Shown here: positions 9,041-19,700 of the stretch, one piece after another
How positions within the stretch are numbered: position 1 is the stretch's first letter
How the letters are laid out: each line of letters starts with the position of its first letter
Virus record (IMG/VR): IMGVR_UViG_3300027653_000028
Span: 1-41,143 of that record
Length of the DNA stretch: 41,143 bases
DNA from: a virus
Lineage: Duplodnaviria > Caudoviricetes
Direction: 5' to 3' (one strand)
Translations under genes and position numbers: made by a program
Notes under the pieces: model-generated
Told to the model about the DNA's origin: nothing
Seen by the model: the letters and a program-made list of their open reading frames with translations, nothing else
Database searches by the model: none

Positions 9041-9420
9041 ACCTGATCACTCTGGAAGAGGCCAAGGCGCATCTGCTGGTAGATCACGATGACGATGACT
9101 CCGACATTGAGCGCAAGCTACAAGAGGCGTCCGCTGCCGTGCTGACGTACCTTGACGGCGCGCCCATTGGGCAGCCTAAGCGTGATGAGCAAGGTGCAAT
9201 CCTGCGCACACCCGAAGGCGAGGTTGATTACCTGCGCGACGGCGACGAGCTGGTCGTCCGGTATGAGATCAAGGCCGCCGTCAAGCTGCTACTGGGCGAG
9301 CTGTACAAGCACCGAGAGGCCGAGCAAGACGGCGAGATGCCCCACCAGTATGGGTATGGTTACCTGCCGCGCCCAGTGGTGGCCCTGCTGTATCCGTTGC
9401 GCAAACCGGCGTTCGCATAA
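9037..9420 (+). CDS. Head-tail connector (HK97 gp6-like)
   Basis: ITLEEAKAHLLVDHDDDD, AVKLLLGELYKHRE, LLYPLR. Confidence 0.9.
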   Translation: MNLITLEEAKAHLLVDHDDDDSDIERKLQEASAAVLTYLDGAPIGQPKRDEQGAILRTPEGEVDYLRDGDELVVRYEIKAAVKLLLGELYKHREAEQDGEMPHQYGYGYLPRPVVALLYPLRKPAFA

Positions 9421-9758
9421 TGGCTCTGTCAGCAGGCCGGCTACGGCACCGCATCCGGATTGAGAAGCCGGGCTACACACAAGACCCGATCACCGGCGAG
9501 ATGGTTCTGAGCTGGGAGCTGGTGGCGGATAAAGTGCCGGCTGCCATCGAGCCGCTGAGTGCGCGAGAGCTTATTGCCGCGCAGTCGGTCCAGTCGCAGG
9601 TCACTACGCGGATCGTCATCCGTCGCCGGACGATCGACGCATCCATGCGCATCATCCATCGCGGTCGGATTTACAACATACACGGCGTTCTGGCTGACCC
9701 GGAAAGCGGTCTGGAGTACCTGACGCTGCCGTGTAGCGAGGGGGTGAATGATGGCTGA
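9420..9758 (+). CDS. Head closure protein (SPP1 gp16-like)
   Basis: AGRLRHRIRIE, AAIEPLSARE, MRIIHRGRIYNI. Confidence 0.9.
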   Translation: MALSAGRLRHRIRIEKPGYTQDPITGEMVLSWELVADKVPAAIEPLSARELIAAQSVQSQVTTRIVIRRRTIDASMRIIHRGRIYNIHGVLADPESGLEYLTLPCSEGVNDG

Positions 9759-10221
9759 TGGCGTGCAATTCTCGCTGATCGGGTTCGAAGAGGTCATCCG
9801 CAAGATGAACGGCATGCCCGTCAAGATTCGCAACAGCGGCGCGCGCAAGGCGCTTAGCGTCGCGGCCAACATCGTGTCCAGGGCTGCCCGGAAGAATGCC
9901 GAGCGCGTGGATGATCCCGAGACGGGTCGCCGCATCCGCGACAATATAGGCAAGAGAACTCGAAGCAGGCACTTCCGCCAGACGGGTGACTCGATGGTTT
10001 CCGTTGGTGTTCTTACCCTGCGCGGCCCGATCCCGAAAGGCAACCCGGACACAGGCAGGCGAGGCAATACGCCGCACTGGCACCTGGTTGAGCTAGGCAC
10101 CGAGCGGGCGCGAGCGCAGCCATTTTTGCGCCCGGCGCTGGCCGACAACATAGGCCCGGTGACGGACAAGTTCGCCTCCGAGCTGGACAAAGAAATCGAA
10201 AAGGCGCTGTCAGAGCTATGA
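9751..10221 (+). CDS. HK97 gp10-like tail completion protein
   Basis: HWHLVELGTERARAQPFLRPAL motif; position. Confidence 0.88.
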   Translation: MADGVQFSLIGFEEVIRKMNGMPVKIRNSGARKALSVAANIVSRAARKNAERVDDPETGRRIRDNIGKRTRSRHFRQTGDSMVSVGVLTLRGPIPKGNPDTGRRGNTPHWHLVELGTERARAQPFLRPALADNIGPVTDKFASELDKEIEKALSEL

Positions 10222-10586
10222 ACTCGCCGCCCATCTTCTCCATCTGCGCTGCCGACCCCGGCGTGACCGCGCTGCTGGGCACCAGCCCGGTACGCCTGTT
10301 CATGTTCGGCATGGCTCCGCAAAACATCCAGAAGCCATACGCCGTATGGCAGGTTATCAGCGGATCGCCTGAAAGCTATCTGGCAGGCCGCCCGGATACC
10401 GATCAACATTTGCTACAGATTGATGTTTATGCTGACAATGCCAGTGAGGCCCGAACAGTGCTCGCCGCCATAGTGCATGCTGTAGAACTGCACAGTTATG
10501 TTGTAAGATATGGGGGCGAAAGCCGAGACAGCGAGACGTTAAATTATCGTTCCAGTATGGACGTCAGCTGGCACACTTATCGTTGA
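10218..10586 (+). CDS. Tail terminator (DUF3168-like)
   Basis: PYAVWQVISGSPESYL, LQIDVYA; position before tail tube. Confidence 0.85.
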   Translation: MNSPPIFSICAADPGVTALLGTSPVRLFMFGMAPQNIQKPYAVWQVISGSPESYLAGRPDTDQHLLQIDVYADNASEARTVLAAIVHAVELHSYVVRYGGESRDSETLNYRSSMDVSWHTYR

Positions 10587-10593
10587 TTTAAGT

Positions 10594-10678
10594 CGTCCCT
10601 AGCCACGTCGTGAGACGCCGCGAAGGGGCGCACCAACAGCAGGGTGGGTCCTGTTGTGTATTTACCGTCGTGAGACGG
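10594..10678 (+). promoter_or_regulatory. Structured leader upstream of major tail gene (two CGTC-GTGA-GACG hairpins)
   Basis: CGTCGTGAGACG at 10606-10617 and 10666-10677; extra stems 10594-10600/10624-10630 and 10634-10639/10651-10656. Confidence 0.5.
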
Positions 10679-10704
10679 CACGTTCCAACCCTTGGAGAAA
10701 CATT

Positions 10705-11430
10705 ATGGCTATTTTGACACAAGGCACCCAGGTCTACGTGCTGGCTCCAACCGCCGCTGACCCGGAAACATTCGAAGTCTTGGAGATCGAGTGTGCTACC
10801 GCATTCACACCTGGCGGCAACCCGGCTGACCAGATCGAGACCACTTGTCTGAGCGACACCGTGCGCAGCTACCTGCGCGGCCTGAGGACGCCCGGACAGG
10901 CATCACTGACTATCAACGCCGATCCACGCAACGACTCCCACATCCGACTGCACGAGCTGTCCGAAGACGACAGCATCGAGGATCTGGCGTGGGCTGTGGG
11001 CTGGTCGGACGGCACTGGCATCGACCCGTCGGCCGTTGTTGCAGGCTCGATTTCGAACATCGACATCACCAACCCCGGCAGCGGCTACACCACCGCTACG
11101 GTCGCCATCACTGGCGGCGGCGGTGCTGGTGCGACTGCAACCGCAACGGTGGAAGCAGGCGAGATCACGGCCATCACGATCACTAACGCGGGCAGCGGCT
11201 ACACCTCGGCCCCGACTGTCACAATCACCGGCGACGGCGACGACGCAACCGCTACCGCCACCGTAACCTCTGATGAAATGGACTGGGATCTGCCCGACAC
11301 CCGGACGTGGTTCACGTTCCGTGGCTACGTGTCGGACTTCCCGTTCGACTTCGCGGCCAATACCGTGGTGACCACCGATGCGACCATCCAGAGGTCCGGC
11401 GGCAGCGCTTGGATTCGTAAGGCCACATAA
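10705..11430 (+). CDS. Major tail tube protein with internal repeat insertion
   Basis: GGAG RBS, ATG 10705; [48 protein letters not shown]; two GSGYT repeats at 11050-11265. Confidence 0.9.
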   Translation: MAILTQGTQVYVLAPTAADPETFEVLEIECATAFTPGGNPADQIETTCLSDTVRSYLRGLRTPGQASLTINADPRNDSHIRLHELSEDDSIEDLAWAVGWSDGTGIDPSAVVAGSISNIDITNPGSGYTTATVAITGGGGAGATATATVEAGEITAITITNAGSGYTSAPTVTITGDGDDATATATVTSDEMDWDLPDTRTWFTFRGYVSDFPFDFAANTVVTTDATIQRSGGSAWIRKAT

Positions 11431-11439
11431 GGACCTATC

Positions 11440-11790
11440 ATGCAGCTGAGCATTGACAGTCTAAAAGAAATGGGCGCCTTCACCGGCGCCCCCATTGAGA
11501 AAGAAGTGACGTGGAAGCAGGGCGACCAGGAACTGACCGCTACCGTCTACGTCCGGCCGCTGTCATACCTGTCCGCCAAGTCCGACCTGCTCGCCATGGG
11601 CGGCAAGGGCGACGCAATAGCGGGTCGCATCGCCGCCAGCATCTGCGATGCCGAGGGAAAGCCGGTATTCACTCCCGAGGACATCACCGGAGAGGCTGAT
11701 CCAGATCGAGGTCCGCTTGACGGCAACCTGACCATGGCGCTGCTGCAAGTGATTGGCGAGGTAAATGGCATGGGAAAGCCGACGAGCTGA
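11440..11790 (+). CDS. Tail assembly chaperone (G-like)
   Basis: Position between tube and tape measure; ends with lambda-type slippery site GGGAAAG. Confidence 0.88.
   Translation: MQLSIDSLKEMGAFTGAPIEKEVTWKQGDQELTATVYVRPLSYLSAKSDLLAMGGKGDAIAGRIAASICDAEGKPVFTPEDITGEADPDRGPLDGNLTMALLQVIGEVNGMGKPTS
11772..11778 (+). promoter_or_regulatory. -1 programmed ribosomal frameshift site
   Basis: G GGA AAG in the G reading frame, identical to the lambda G/T heptamer; the -1 frame is open to 12086. Confidence 0.85.
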
Positions 11791-12086
11791 CCGACGAGGA
11801 CGAACTCTGGCATGAGCTGGTGATGTGCGGTATCGGCGGCCGCACTATCGCTGAGGCGCAGCAGCGCATGAGCTACCCGGAGTTTTTGCGATGGGCCAAG
11901 TATCGGGCCAAGCGCGGCAGCCTGAATCTTGGGCTGAGGGTTGAGCGCGGGTCAGCTCTGCTGGCGACTATGTACGCCAATGCGCATCGAGGCAAGGATT
12001 CCGCGCCCTATGACCTGCACGACTTTGCTCCATATCACGACCAGCCTGTGCTGACGCTTGAGTCTGCAATGAAAGACTGGGCATAA
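11772..12086 (+). CDS. Tail assembly chaperone T segment (expressed as GT fusion from 11440)
   Basis: -1 frame reads GKADELTDEDELWHELVMCGIGGRTIAEAQQRMSYPEF... Confidence 0.8.
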   Translation, partial: GKADELTDEDELWHELVMCGIGGRTIAEAQQRMSYPEFLRWAKYRAKRGSLNLGLRVERGSALLATMYANAHRGKDSAPYDLHDFAPYHDQPVLTLESAMKDWA

Positions 12087-12098
12087 CAGGAGATATAA

Positions 12099-14414
12099 AT
12101 GTCCCGCAAATCGCTTGGCACCCTTACGCTCGACCTCGTGGCCCGTACAGGTGGTTTTGTTCAGGGCATGAGCAAGGCTGAGCGTGAGTCAGCGAAGTGG
12201 CGGCGGCAGGTTGAGAGGGATCTCAAGAAAGTAAGCGCCGACCTCCAGAGGACTGCGAAAGTCGCCGCTGGGGTCGTGGCCGCTGGTGGCGCGGCTATTG
12301 CCGCGATGACCAAGAAAGGGCTGGATGCGGTATCAACTCAGGCGACACTAGCGCGCTCTCTCGATACCACATTTGATTCCGTCACGGCGTTGCAGCTGGC
12401 GTTTTCGGATGCAGGTATAGATAACTTCGAGGCGTCGGTTAACCGCCTTAATCGGAGGTTGGGTGCGGCAGAGCTTGGGCGAGGCGCCGCCCTTCAGGCC
12501 GTCAAGGAGCTGAAGCTAGATCTACAAGAGCTGGCGAACGTAGAGGCGGACGAGCGGCTAGCGATAATTGCCGACCGCATTCAGGAGGTTTCCACCAACT
12601 CGCAAACAGCAGCCCGCTATGCGCAGGACTTGGGCTTTGAGCAGCGGGAAGCTGCCCAGTTTTTCATGCAGGGCGGCGATGCAATTCGCGCTTACCGGAA
12701 AGAAGTCGACGACTTCGGCCTAGCGCTCAGCGCCATTGATGCGACCAAAGTTGAGTTGGCCACAGCTGAGTTTCAGCGCACAGGCCGTATATTTACGGCG
12801 ATAAACCAGCAGCTGGCTGTTCAGGTTGCCCCCCTGCTCGGAAGCATTAGCGGGCTCCTGCTGGATACCGCTAGAGACGCTGGCGGCATGGGCGACGCGA
12901 TTGAGTCGGTCTTCGATCGCGCAGTGATCGCAGGGATAAACACCGCGTCGTCCGTTCGTTCCGTGTTCAACCAGATTCAGGATAGCGTCGAGGACGTTTG
13001 GTCAGGGTTCCAGGCTCTCCCCCCGTGGGCGCAGGAGGTTGGAATCGCTGGGGCACTGATCGGCGGGAAAAAAGGAATCCTTGTGGTGGCGGCGCTCAGC
13101 AAGGCCGCCGAGGACACTAAGGTCACAGCGGCGTGGTTTGCCGCCATGACGGAGGGTGATGTTGGGTTTTATGAGTGGTTAACGTCTGGCAATGCTGAAG
13201 CAAAAGAGCGGCTGAAAGAGCTTGGCTATGACATTGATGAGATAAAAGCAAAAGCCGAAGGCCCGTCTATTATAGGCTCCCTTTTCGGCCCGCGAGAGGA
13301 CGGTGACGAATGGGCCGATGAAATGATTGCCCGCTACCGCCGGATACAAGACGAGGCAAGAGCTGCGGCTGAGGAGGCTCTGGAGTCGCAGCGCAAGCTC
13401 CGAGACTCCAGCGGCACGGGTGGGGCTCTGGTTGACTCGGAAGGAATCGAGAGGGAGATCAGTGCTCTGGAGCGCGCCGCCGCCACATGGGGCATGTCTG
13501 CCAATGAGGTCAAGCTTTATGACATGACCGTGCAGGGCGCGACTGACTCACAGTTGGCTCACGCCCAGGCGATTATGCGAAACATCGAGGCCATGGAGCG
13601 AGAGGCCGAAGCCAGAAGGAAAGTCATCGAGGAGCAAAAGCGCATCGACGAGCAGGTCGCTGGTGTCCTTGACTTCCTCAAGGCTGAGGAGGAGCGCCTA
13701 GCTGATTCTTACGAGGAGCGGCGACGAATCATTGTCGAGAGCAGCATTCTTGCCGAGGAAGAAAAAGCCGCCGCAGTCCTTGCGCTCAACGAAAGGCTCA
13801 ATGCAGACATGATGGCGATGGAGCATGCCCGCCAGTCGGCAATGCTTACCAGTTACGGGACGCTATTTGACAGTATCGGCGGCCTGGCAGAACAGTTTGC
13901 AGGCGAGCAATCAGGGATTGCCCGTGCAATGTTTGCAGTATCAAAAGCGTTTGCCATCGCAGACGCCATTGTGAAGATCCAGCAGGGCATAGCATCCGCT
14001 GCAGCCTTGCAGTTCCCGGCCAACATACCGGCCATGGCCAGCGTGGCGGCCGCAACCACCGGGATAGTATCGACCATCCAGAGCACTCAGATGCAGGGCA
14101 TGGCCCACGACGGCATCGACTCAGTACCCAAGACCGGCACCTGGCTGCTGGAAAAGGGCGAGCGGGTGGTGACCAGTGAGACCAGCGCAAAGCTGGACAG
14201 GAAGCTGGACATGATCCAGCCCGGCGGCGGTGGGGGCGGCATTACGATCCATGCGCCGGTCACGGTCGAGGGTCAGCCCGGCATGACTGCGGGAGAAGCT
14301 CAGCAGCAGGGCGAGGCGGTGTCGGGAGCGCTGCGTGCGACGATCATCTCGACGCTTGAAAAAGAGTCTCGTCCGGGCGGCATGCTCTGGGGAATGTACG
14401 GAGGTGGTCGCTAG
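12099..14414 (+). CDS. Tape measure protein
   Basis: SLGTLTLDLVARTGGFVQGM N-terminus, long Ala-rich helical body, GMAHDGIDSVPKTGTWLLEKGERV near C-terminus. Confidence 0.93.
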   Translation: MSRKSLGTLTLDLVARTGGFVQGMSKAERESAKWRRQVERDLKKVSADLQRTAKVAAGVVAAGGAAIAAMTKKGLDAVSTQATLARSLDTTFDSVTALQLAFSDAGIDNFEASVNRLNRRLGAAELGRGAALQAVKELKLDLQELANVEADERLAIIADRIQEVSTNSQTAARYAQDLGFEQREAAQFFMQGGDAIRAYRKEVDDFGLALSAIDATKVELATAEFQRTGRIFTAINQQLAVQVAPLLGSISGLLLDTARDAGGMGDAIESVFDRAVIAGINTASSVRSVFNQIQDSVEDVWSGFQALPPWAQEVGIAGALIGGKKGILVVAALSKAAEDTKVTAAWFAAMTEGDVGFYEWLTSGNAEAKERLKELGYDIDEIKAKAEGPSIIGSLFGPREDGDEWADEMIARYRRIQDEARAAAEEALESQRKLRDSSGTGGALVDSEGIEREISALERAAATWGMSANEVKLYDMTVQGATDSQLAHAQAIMRNIEAMEREAEARRKVIEEQKRIDEQVAGVLDFLKAEEERLADSYEERRRIIVESSILAEEEKAAAVLALNERLNADMMAMEHARQSAMLTSYGTLFDSIGGLAEQFAGEQSGIARAMFAVSKAFAIADAIVKIQQGIASAAALQFPANIPAMASVAAATTGIVSTIQSTQMQGMAHDGIDSVPKTGTWLLEKGERVVTSETSAKLDRKLDMIQPGGGGGGITIHAPVTVEGQPGMTAGEAQQQGEAVSGALRATIISTLEKESRPGGMLWGMYGGGR

Positions 14415-14752
14415 TGGAGCTGTTTGACTATTGCGTGCAATCAAAACCGTCCATGCAGGCGACCTTCCGCACCCTTCGCGCAGACTTCGGTGACGGTTAC
14501 TCACAAGAGGCGGGTGACGGCATAAATACGCTGACGGATAGTTGGTCTATCTCGGTCAGGGGCCGGCTTTCTGGTGTGGTTGGTGACGTTAAGAGCTTCA
14601 TTGATCGGCACGGCGGATACATGGCCTTCGAGTGGGACGCGCCGGCGGGCGGGCGTAAGCTGTTCAAGTGCCGGGAGGGCTACTCTCTAGCACATGAGTC
14701 GCTTGATATTTACACGCTATCTGCCACGTTCGAGGAGGTTCACCAGCCATGA
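14414..14752 (+). CDS. Distal tail protein (lambda M-like)
   Basis: ADFGDGYSQEAGDGIN, FIDRHGGYMAFEW, LSATFEEV. Confidence 0.9.
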   Translation: MELFDYCVQSKPSMQATFRTLRADFGDGYSQEAGDGINTLTDSWSISVRGRLSGVVGDVKSFIDRHGGYMAFEWDAPAGGRKLFKCREGYSLAHESLDIYTLSATFEEVHQP

Positions 14753-15411
14753 CTCTATCAACAGACGTTCAGCGCCTTGAGCCGGGCGACGTAGTGACCC
14801 TGTACATCCTTGATGCCGAGGCTATTGGCGCTGAGACTTACCGATTCCACAGCCATGACGCCGCACCCATCATGTGGCAGGGCTTCCAATACGATCCGTG
14901 GCCGCTGGAGGCGTCAGGCTTCGAGATGAGCGGCAGCCGCAACCCTACGCCGTCCTTGAAGATGGGCAACGTGGGCGGCTTCATCACGGCGCTGTGCCTG
15001 CAGTTCGATGATCTTGTGGGTGCCAAGCTGACCCGCAAGCGGACACTGGCCAAGTACTTGGACGGAATGCCTGATGCAGATCCTGACGAGGAGTTCCCGC
15101 CCGAGATCTGGTTCATCGAGCAGAAGACCGGCGAGACCGCTGAGGCTGTCGAGTTCGAGCTGGCCAGCGCCATGGACTTCCAGGGCGTTCAGCTGCCTCG
15201 GAGGCAGATCATCGCGAACCACTGCCCTTGGCGGTACCGGTCAGCCGAGTGTGGCTATACCGGGACTCCGGTGGCAGACGAGTTCGACATCATCACTGCC
15301 GATGCAGCCCGCGACAAATGCGGCAAGCGGCTCCAGAGCTGCAAGCTGCGCTTTGGTGAGCATGGACAACTTTCGTTTGGCGGATTTCCTGCCGCTGCCC
15401 TCACAAGGTGA
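14749..15411 (+). CDS. Minor tail protein L (Fe-S Cys motif)
   Basis: WPLEASGFE, RTLAKYLD, CPWRYRSAECGY, DKCGKRLQSCKLRF, FGGFP. Confidence 0.93.
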   Translation: MTLSTDVQRLEPGDVVTLYILDAEAIGAETYRFHSHDAAPIMWQGFQYDPWPLEASGFEMSGSRNPTPSLKMGNVGGFITALCLQFDDLVGAKLTRKRTLAKYLDGMPDADPDEEFPPEIWFIEQKTGETAEAVEFELASAMDFQGVQLPRRQIIANHCPWRYRSAECGYTGTPVADEFDIITADAARDKCGKRLQSCKLRFGEHGQLSFGGFPAAALTR

Positions 15412-15415
15412 GCGC

Positions 15416-16153
15416 ATGAGATTGCCAGTAGCGGCCAAGCGCCATGCCGAGTCCTGCTATCCGGTGGAAAGCTGCGGCCTGATCGTGGATGGCAAATACC
15501 GACCGTGCCGCAATATCGCAACCACACCGTCAGAGCACTTCGTCATTGACCCTGCAGACTACAAGGCCGCGATGCGAGATGGAGGGGTGCAAGCCGTCAT
15601 CCACAGCCACCCAGACTACCCGGCCACGCCGAGCATTGCTGATCGTGTCGGCTGCGAAGAATCGGCGCTGCCTTGGGCAATCATCCCGGTGGATCAGGGC
15701 AAGGCCGGCAAGCACGTCTGGATCAAGCCGGAGGGCTGGCAAGCGCCGCTGATCGGGCGTGAGTTCGTCCATGGGGTGCATGACTGCCTGAGTATCATTC
15801 TTGACTTCTACCAGCGTGAGATGGGCATTGACTTTGGCAGCTACGACCGCGAGGACGGCTGGTGGGATCAGGGCAAGGACTACTACCGCGAGCTGCTTCC
15901 GGAGGCGGGCTTCCGGGTAGTCACGGAGCTGCGCCACGGCGACGTTGTTCTGATGCAGATACGCGCCCCGGTCCCGAACCACGCCGGTATCTACCTTGAA
16001 ACCGGGGTGCTGGCTTCCGAGCCAGAGCATTACCCGGCTCCCCAATCAATCCTCCATCACCTGTACGGGCGCGACTCCAGGCGTGACCCGTATGGGGGTT
16101 ATTGGCTGGAAAAGACAGTGAGTGTTTGGCGACATGAAACTCAAGACGATTAG
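15416..16153 (+). CDS. Tail tip assembly protein K (JAB/Mov34 + NlpC/P60)
   Basis: ESCGL, IHSHP...PSIAD, GREFVHGVHDC, PNHAGIY, ILHH; real start ATG 15416. Confidence 0.92.
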   Translation: MRLPVAAKRHAESCYPVESCGLIVDGKYRPCRNIATTPSEHFVIDPADYKAAMRDGGVQAVIHSHPDYPATPSIADRVGCEESALPWAIIPVDQGKAGKHVWIKPEGWQAPLIGREFVHGVHDCLSIILDFYQREMGIDFGSYDREDGWWDQGKDYYRELLPEAGFRVVTELRHGDVVLMQIRAPVPNHAGIYLETGVLASEPEHYPAPQSILHHLYGRDSRRDPYGGYWLEKTVSVWRHETQDD

Positions 16154-16706
16154 GTTGTACGGCAAGCTCGGCACAAAGTTCGGGCGGGTTCATAAGCTGG
16201 CCGTCTCCAGCGCGGCCGAGGCGGTGCGGGCGCTGTGTGTGGTGCTGCCAGGGTTCGAGTCACACCTCGCCAACGCCCCGGGCGGCTACGCGGTGTTCTA
16301 TGGTCGGGAGAACCTTCAAGCGGATCAGCTGGCCCACCCGTCTGGCAAGGATGATATCCGTATCGCACCGGTGCCAGCAGGTGCAAAGAGCGGCGGCATC
16401 TTCGCCGTGGTGACCGGGATCGTGCTGATTGCGGCTGGCGTATTCACCTTCGGCTCCACCTCTGCGATGGGCATGGCGATGATTGCAGGTGGCGCAGGCA
16501 TGGCCATCGGCGGCGCCATGATGATGCTGTCCCCGCAGGCGCCGGGCACCGCCTCCGGCGACTCCGCAGACAACACCCCCAGCTACGCATTCAACGGCAC
16601 GGTGAATACTGAGGCGCAGGGCAATCCCGTTCCCTTGCTGTATGGCGAGATGATCGTGGGATCGGCAGTAATTTCAGGCGGCGTATACGCTGAGGACAGA
16701 GCATGA
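16134..16706 (+). CDS. Tail assembly protein I
   Basis: TIRLYGKLGTKFGR, AEAVRAL, SYAFNGTVNTEAQGNPVPLLYGEMIVGSAVIS. Confidence 0.92.
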   Translation: MKLKTIRLYGKLGTKFGRVHKLAVSSAAEAVRALCVVLPGFESHLANAPGGYAVFYGRENLQADQLAHPSGKDDIRIAPVPAGAKSGGIFAVVTGIVLIAAGVFTFGSTSAMGMAMIAGGAGMAIGGAMMMLSPQAPGTASGDSADNTPSYAFNGTVNTEAQGNPVPLLYGEMIVGSAVISGGVYAEDRA

Positions 16707-19700
16707 CGGTGACGATTAAGGGCGCGAAGGGTGGCAGCAAGAAACAGCGCGCACCTCGGGAAGCGCCGGACAGTCTGGTCAGTATTGCCTATGCGCGCCT
16801 GCTTGACCTGGTATCTGAAGGAGAGATTGAAGGGCTGGTCAACGGTGCAGCGTCGATCTATCTGGACGAGACGCCGGCAGACCAATTTCCGGGCTTCCGC
16901 TGGGAGCAGCGCACCGGCACACAAGATCAGGACTATCTGCAAGGCTTCCCGCAAGTCGAGAATGAGATCAACCTAGGTATCGAGCTCCGTTCTGATGCGC
17001 CGTGGGTGCGGTCGATCACCAACCTCGACCTGTCAGCCGTGCGGATTAACTTTGCTCTGCCTCGTTTGACCCGACAGAACCTCGAAAACGGCGACACGCT
17101 CGGCTACCGGATCAATTACGCCATCGATGTTGCCGAAGGTGCCGGCCCGTTTGAAGAGGTGCTGAAAGGCGCGTTCAACGGCAAGACTGCCGGAGGTTAT
17201 GAGCGGTCGGTGCGTGTCGACTTGGAAGGTCGCCCGGCAGGTGGGTGGCGCGTGCGTGTTCGTCGGCTGACGCCCAATAGCGCCTCGTCTGCCATTTCCG
17301 ACACTACCAACATCAAATCCATCACCGAGATCATTGACGCCAAGTTCCGCTATCCGAACTCGGCTCTGGTGGGCGTTTCCTTTGACGCTGAGACCTTCGG
17401 CGGCTCGGTGCCCAAGCGCGGCTATCACATGCGTGGCCGGATCATCCGCGTGCCCAGCAACTACGATCCCGCGACCCGCACGTACACCGGTGTTTGGGAT
17501 GGCACCTTCAAGCTCTCGTACAGCAACAACCCCGCATGGGTGTATTACGACCTGCTGCTGCATCCTCGCTACGGCCTGGGTGACCGAGTAGATGCCGCCC
17601 AGGTGGACAAGTGGGGTCTGTACCAGATCGCGCAGTATTGCGATCAGCTGGTGCCGGACGGCATGGGCGGCATGGAGCCGCGCTTTACCTGCAACCTGTA
17701 CCTGCAGAAGCAGGCGGACGCATACAAGGTACTGCAAGACATTGCCGCCATATTCCGGGGCATCACCTACTGGGGCGCGGGTCAGGCCGTTGTGTCTGCC
17801 GATACCCCGGCTGATCCGGTGTACACCTACACCAACGCCAACGTGATCGGCGGCAAGTTCAGCTACAAGGGCAGCAAGCGTTCGACCCGCTACAGCGCTG
17901 CCCTGGTCAGCTGGAACGACCCAGCAGACATGTACCGGGCCAAAGTCGAGTACGTGCAGGATGATGACGCGGTAGCGCGGTTCGGCGTGCAGACCACGGA
18001 AATCATGGCGTTGGGCTGCACGTCCCAAGGACAGGCGCAGCGGGCGGGCAAATGGGCGCTGCTGACTAACCTGCTGGAGACCGAGACCGTCACATTCTCG
18101 GTGGGCCTCGATGGTATCCGCGCGCGCCCTGGGCAGATCATCCGGGTAGCGGACAACGATAGGGCAGGCCGCCGCATTGGTGGCCGCGTGTCGAGCGCTA
18201 CCCGCTCAGCCATCACCGTCGATAAGGTCGAGGGGGTCGAGGTAGGGGACGAGCTGACTTGTATTCTGCCCGACGGCAACGCGCAAACGCGACCCGTAAC
18301 AGCCGTGGACGGCAACGAGATCACCGTATCGCCCGAGTTCGACGCGGCCCCGGTTGCACACAGCGTATGGGCATGGGAGTCGCAGACGCTCGCGGCACAG
18401 CGCTACCGTATCGTCAGTATCAGCGAATCCGGTCCGCTGGAATACGCAATCACAGCGAGCAAATACGTCGAGGGCAAGCATCAGGCAGTCGATACCGGCG
18501 CGATTATCAGTCAGCGCCCGATCACCGCTATCCCGTCTAGCGTTCAGGCGGCGCCCGAGAACATCAGGGCGATCAGCAGCACCATGCTCGAGCAGACCAT
18601 GGCGGTCACCACCATGATTGTTATGTGGGATGCTGCCGAGGGCGCTACTCGCTATGACGTTGAGTGGCGGCGCGGCGATGGCGCATGGGTCTATGCCGGG
18701 CGTACAGGCGGCACGGAGCTGGATGTGGTCGGTATCTACGCCGGCACCTACCAGATCCGCGTGCGCGCCATGAACAGTCTGGACGTTGCTAGTCCTTGGG
18801 GCTACAGCGACAGTATCGAGCTTGCTGGCAAGGAAGGCACGCCTCCGGCCCCCGCCTATCTGGGCGCCACCGGCATCATCTTCGGCATCGAACTGCGCTG
18901 GGGCTTCCCCGCGGGTGCCGAGGACACGCTGCGCACCGAGATCCAGTACAACACCCAGCCGGCCGAGCAGAACGCTCTGCATCTGGGTGACTACGCATAC
19001 CCGGCTGACAGCCACACGATGACCGGCTTGAAAGCGGCGCAGGTGTTTTACTTCCGCGCTCGACTGGTAGACCGCACCGGGAACATCGGCCCGTGGTCTG
19101 ACTGGGTATACGGTCAGTCCAGCGCTGACGCTGACGAGATTCTGGATTACATAGCAGGGCAGATTACCGAGACCGAGCTTGGCCAGCACCTGCGCGAAGA
19201 GATCGAGCGCATTGCCGAGATCGACGGCATACAGGTAGCACTGGACGCCATCGAGACCCAGTTGTCCGAGTTGACCGGTGCCGAGGAGTGGGTCCCCGGC
19301 AAGCCGTATCCGGAAGGCTCAGTTGTGCGCGACAACGGATCTCTGTACCGCGCAATAGCTGATGCTCCCGCTGATACGCCAGTCAGCGATACCGAGTACT
19401 GGGTCAAAATCGGCGACTACTCGTCCATAGGCGACCTTGTTACAGCGCTGGCACTCCAGACAGATCAGCTGACTACGCGGGTTGAAGGCATGGAGTCTCA
19501 GGCTGAGTCGGTCAGTACGCTGGTAGCGGCGTCGCGCGGTGAGCGGGCAGATGGGGACAAGGCCGACGCTCTGCGCGGGTGGCAGAGTCAGGCGTCTATC
19601 ATCGAGTCGCGACGGATCAGTGCGACCGAGGCTGAGGCGAGCGCAGAGCGGGATCTGTTGCTTCAGGCCCAGCTTGGCGACACCAATGCTGCGCTGCTGC

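Noticed and set aside
10594-10678. Hammerhead ribozyme or tRNA in the structured gaps (also 26053-26200, 30547-30613)
   Set aside because: No CUGANGA/GAAA core and no cloverleaf with TTC loop and acceptor stem
15074-15415. N-terminal extension of K; likewise track starts at 10654, 23530, 24840, 28332, 30301, 30544
   Set aside because: Extensions overlap other genes or regulatory DNA; family N-termini and RBS point to downstream starts
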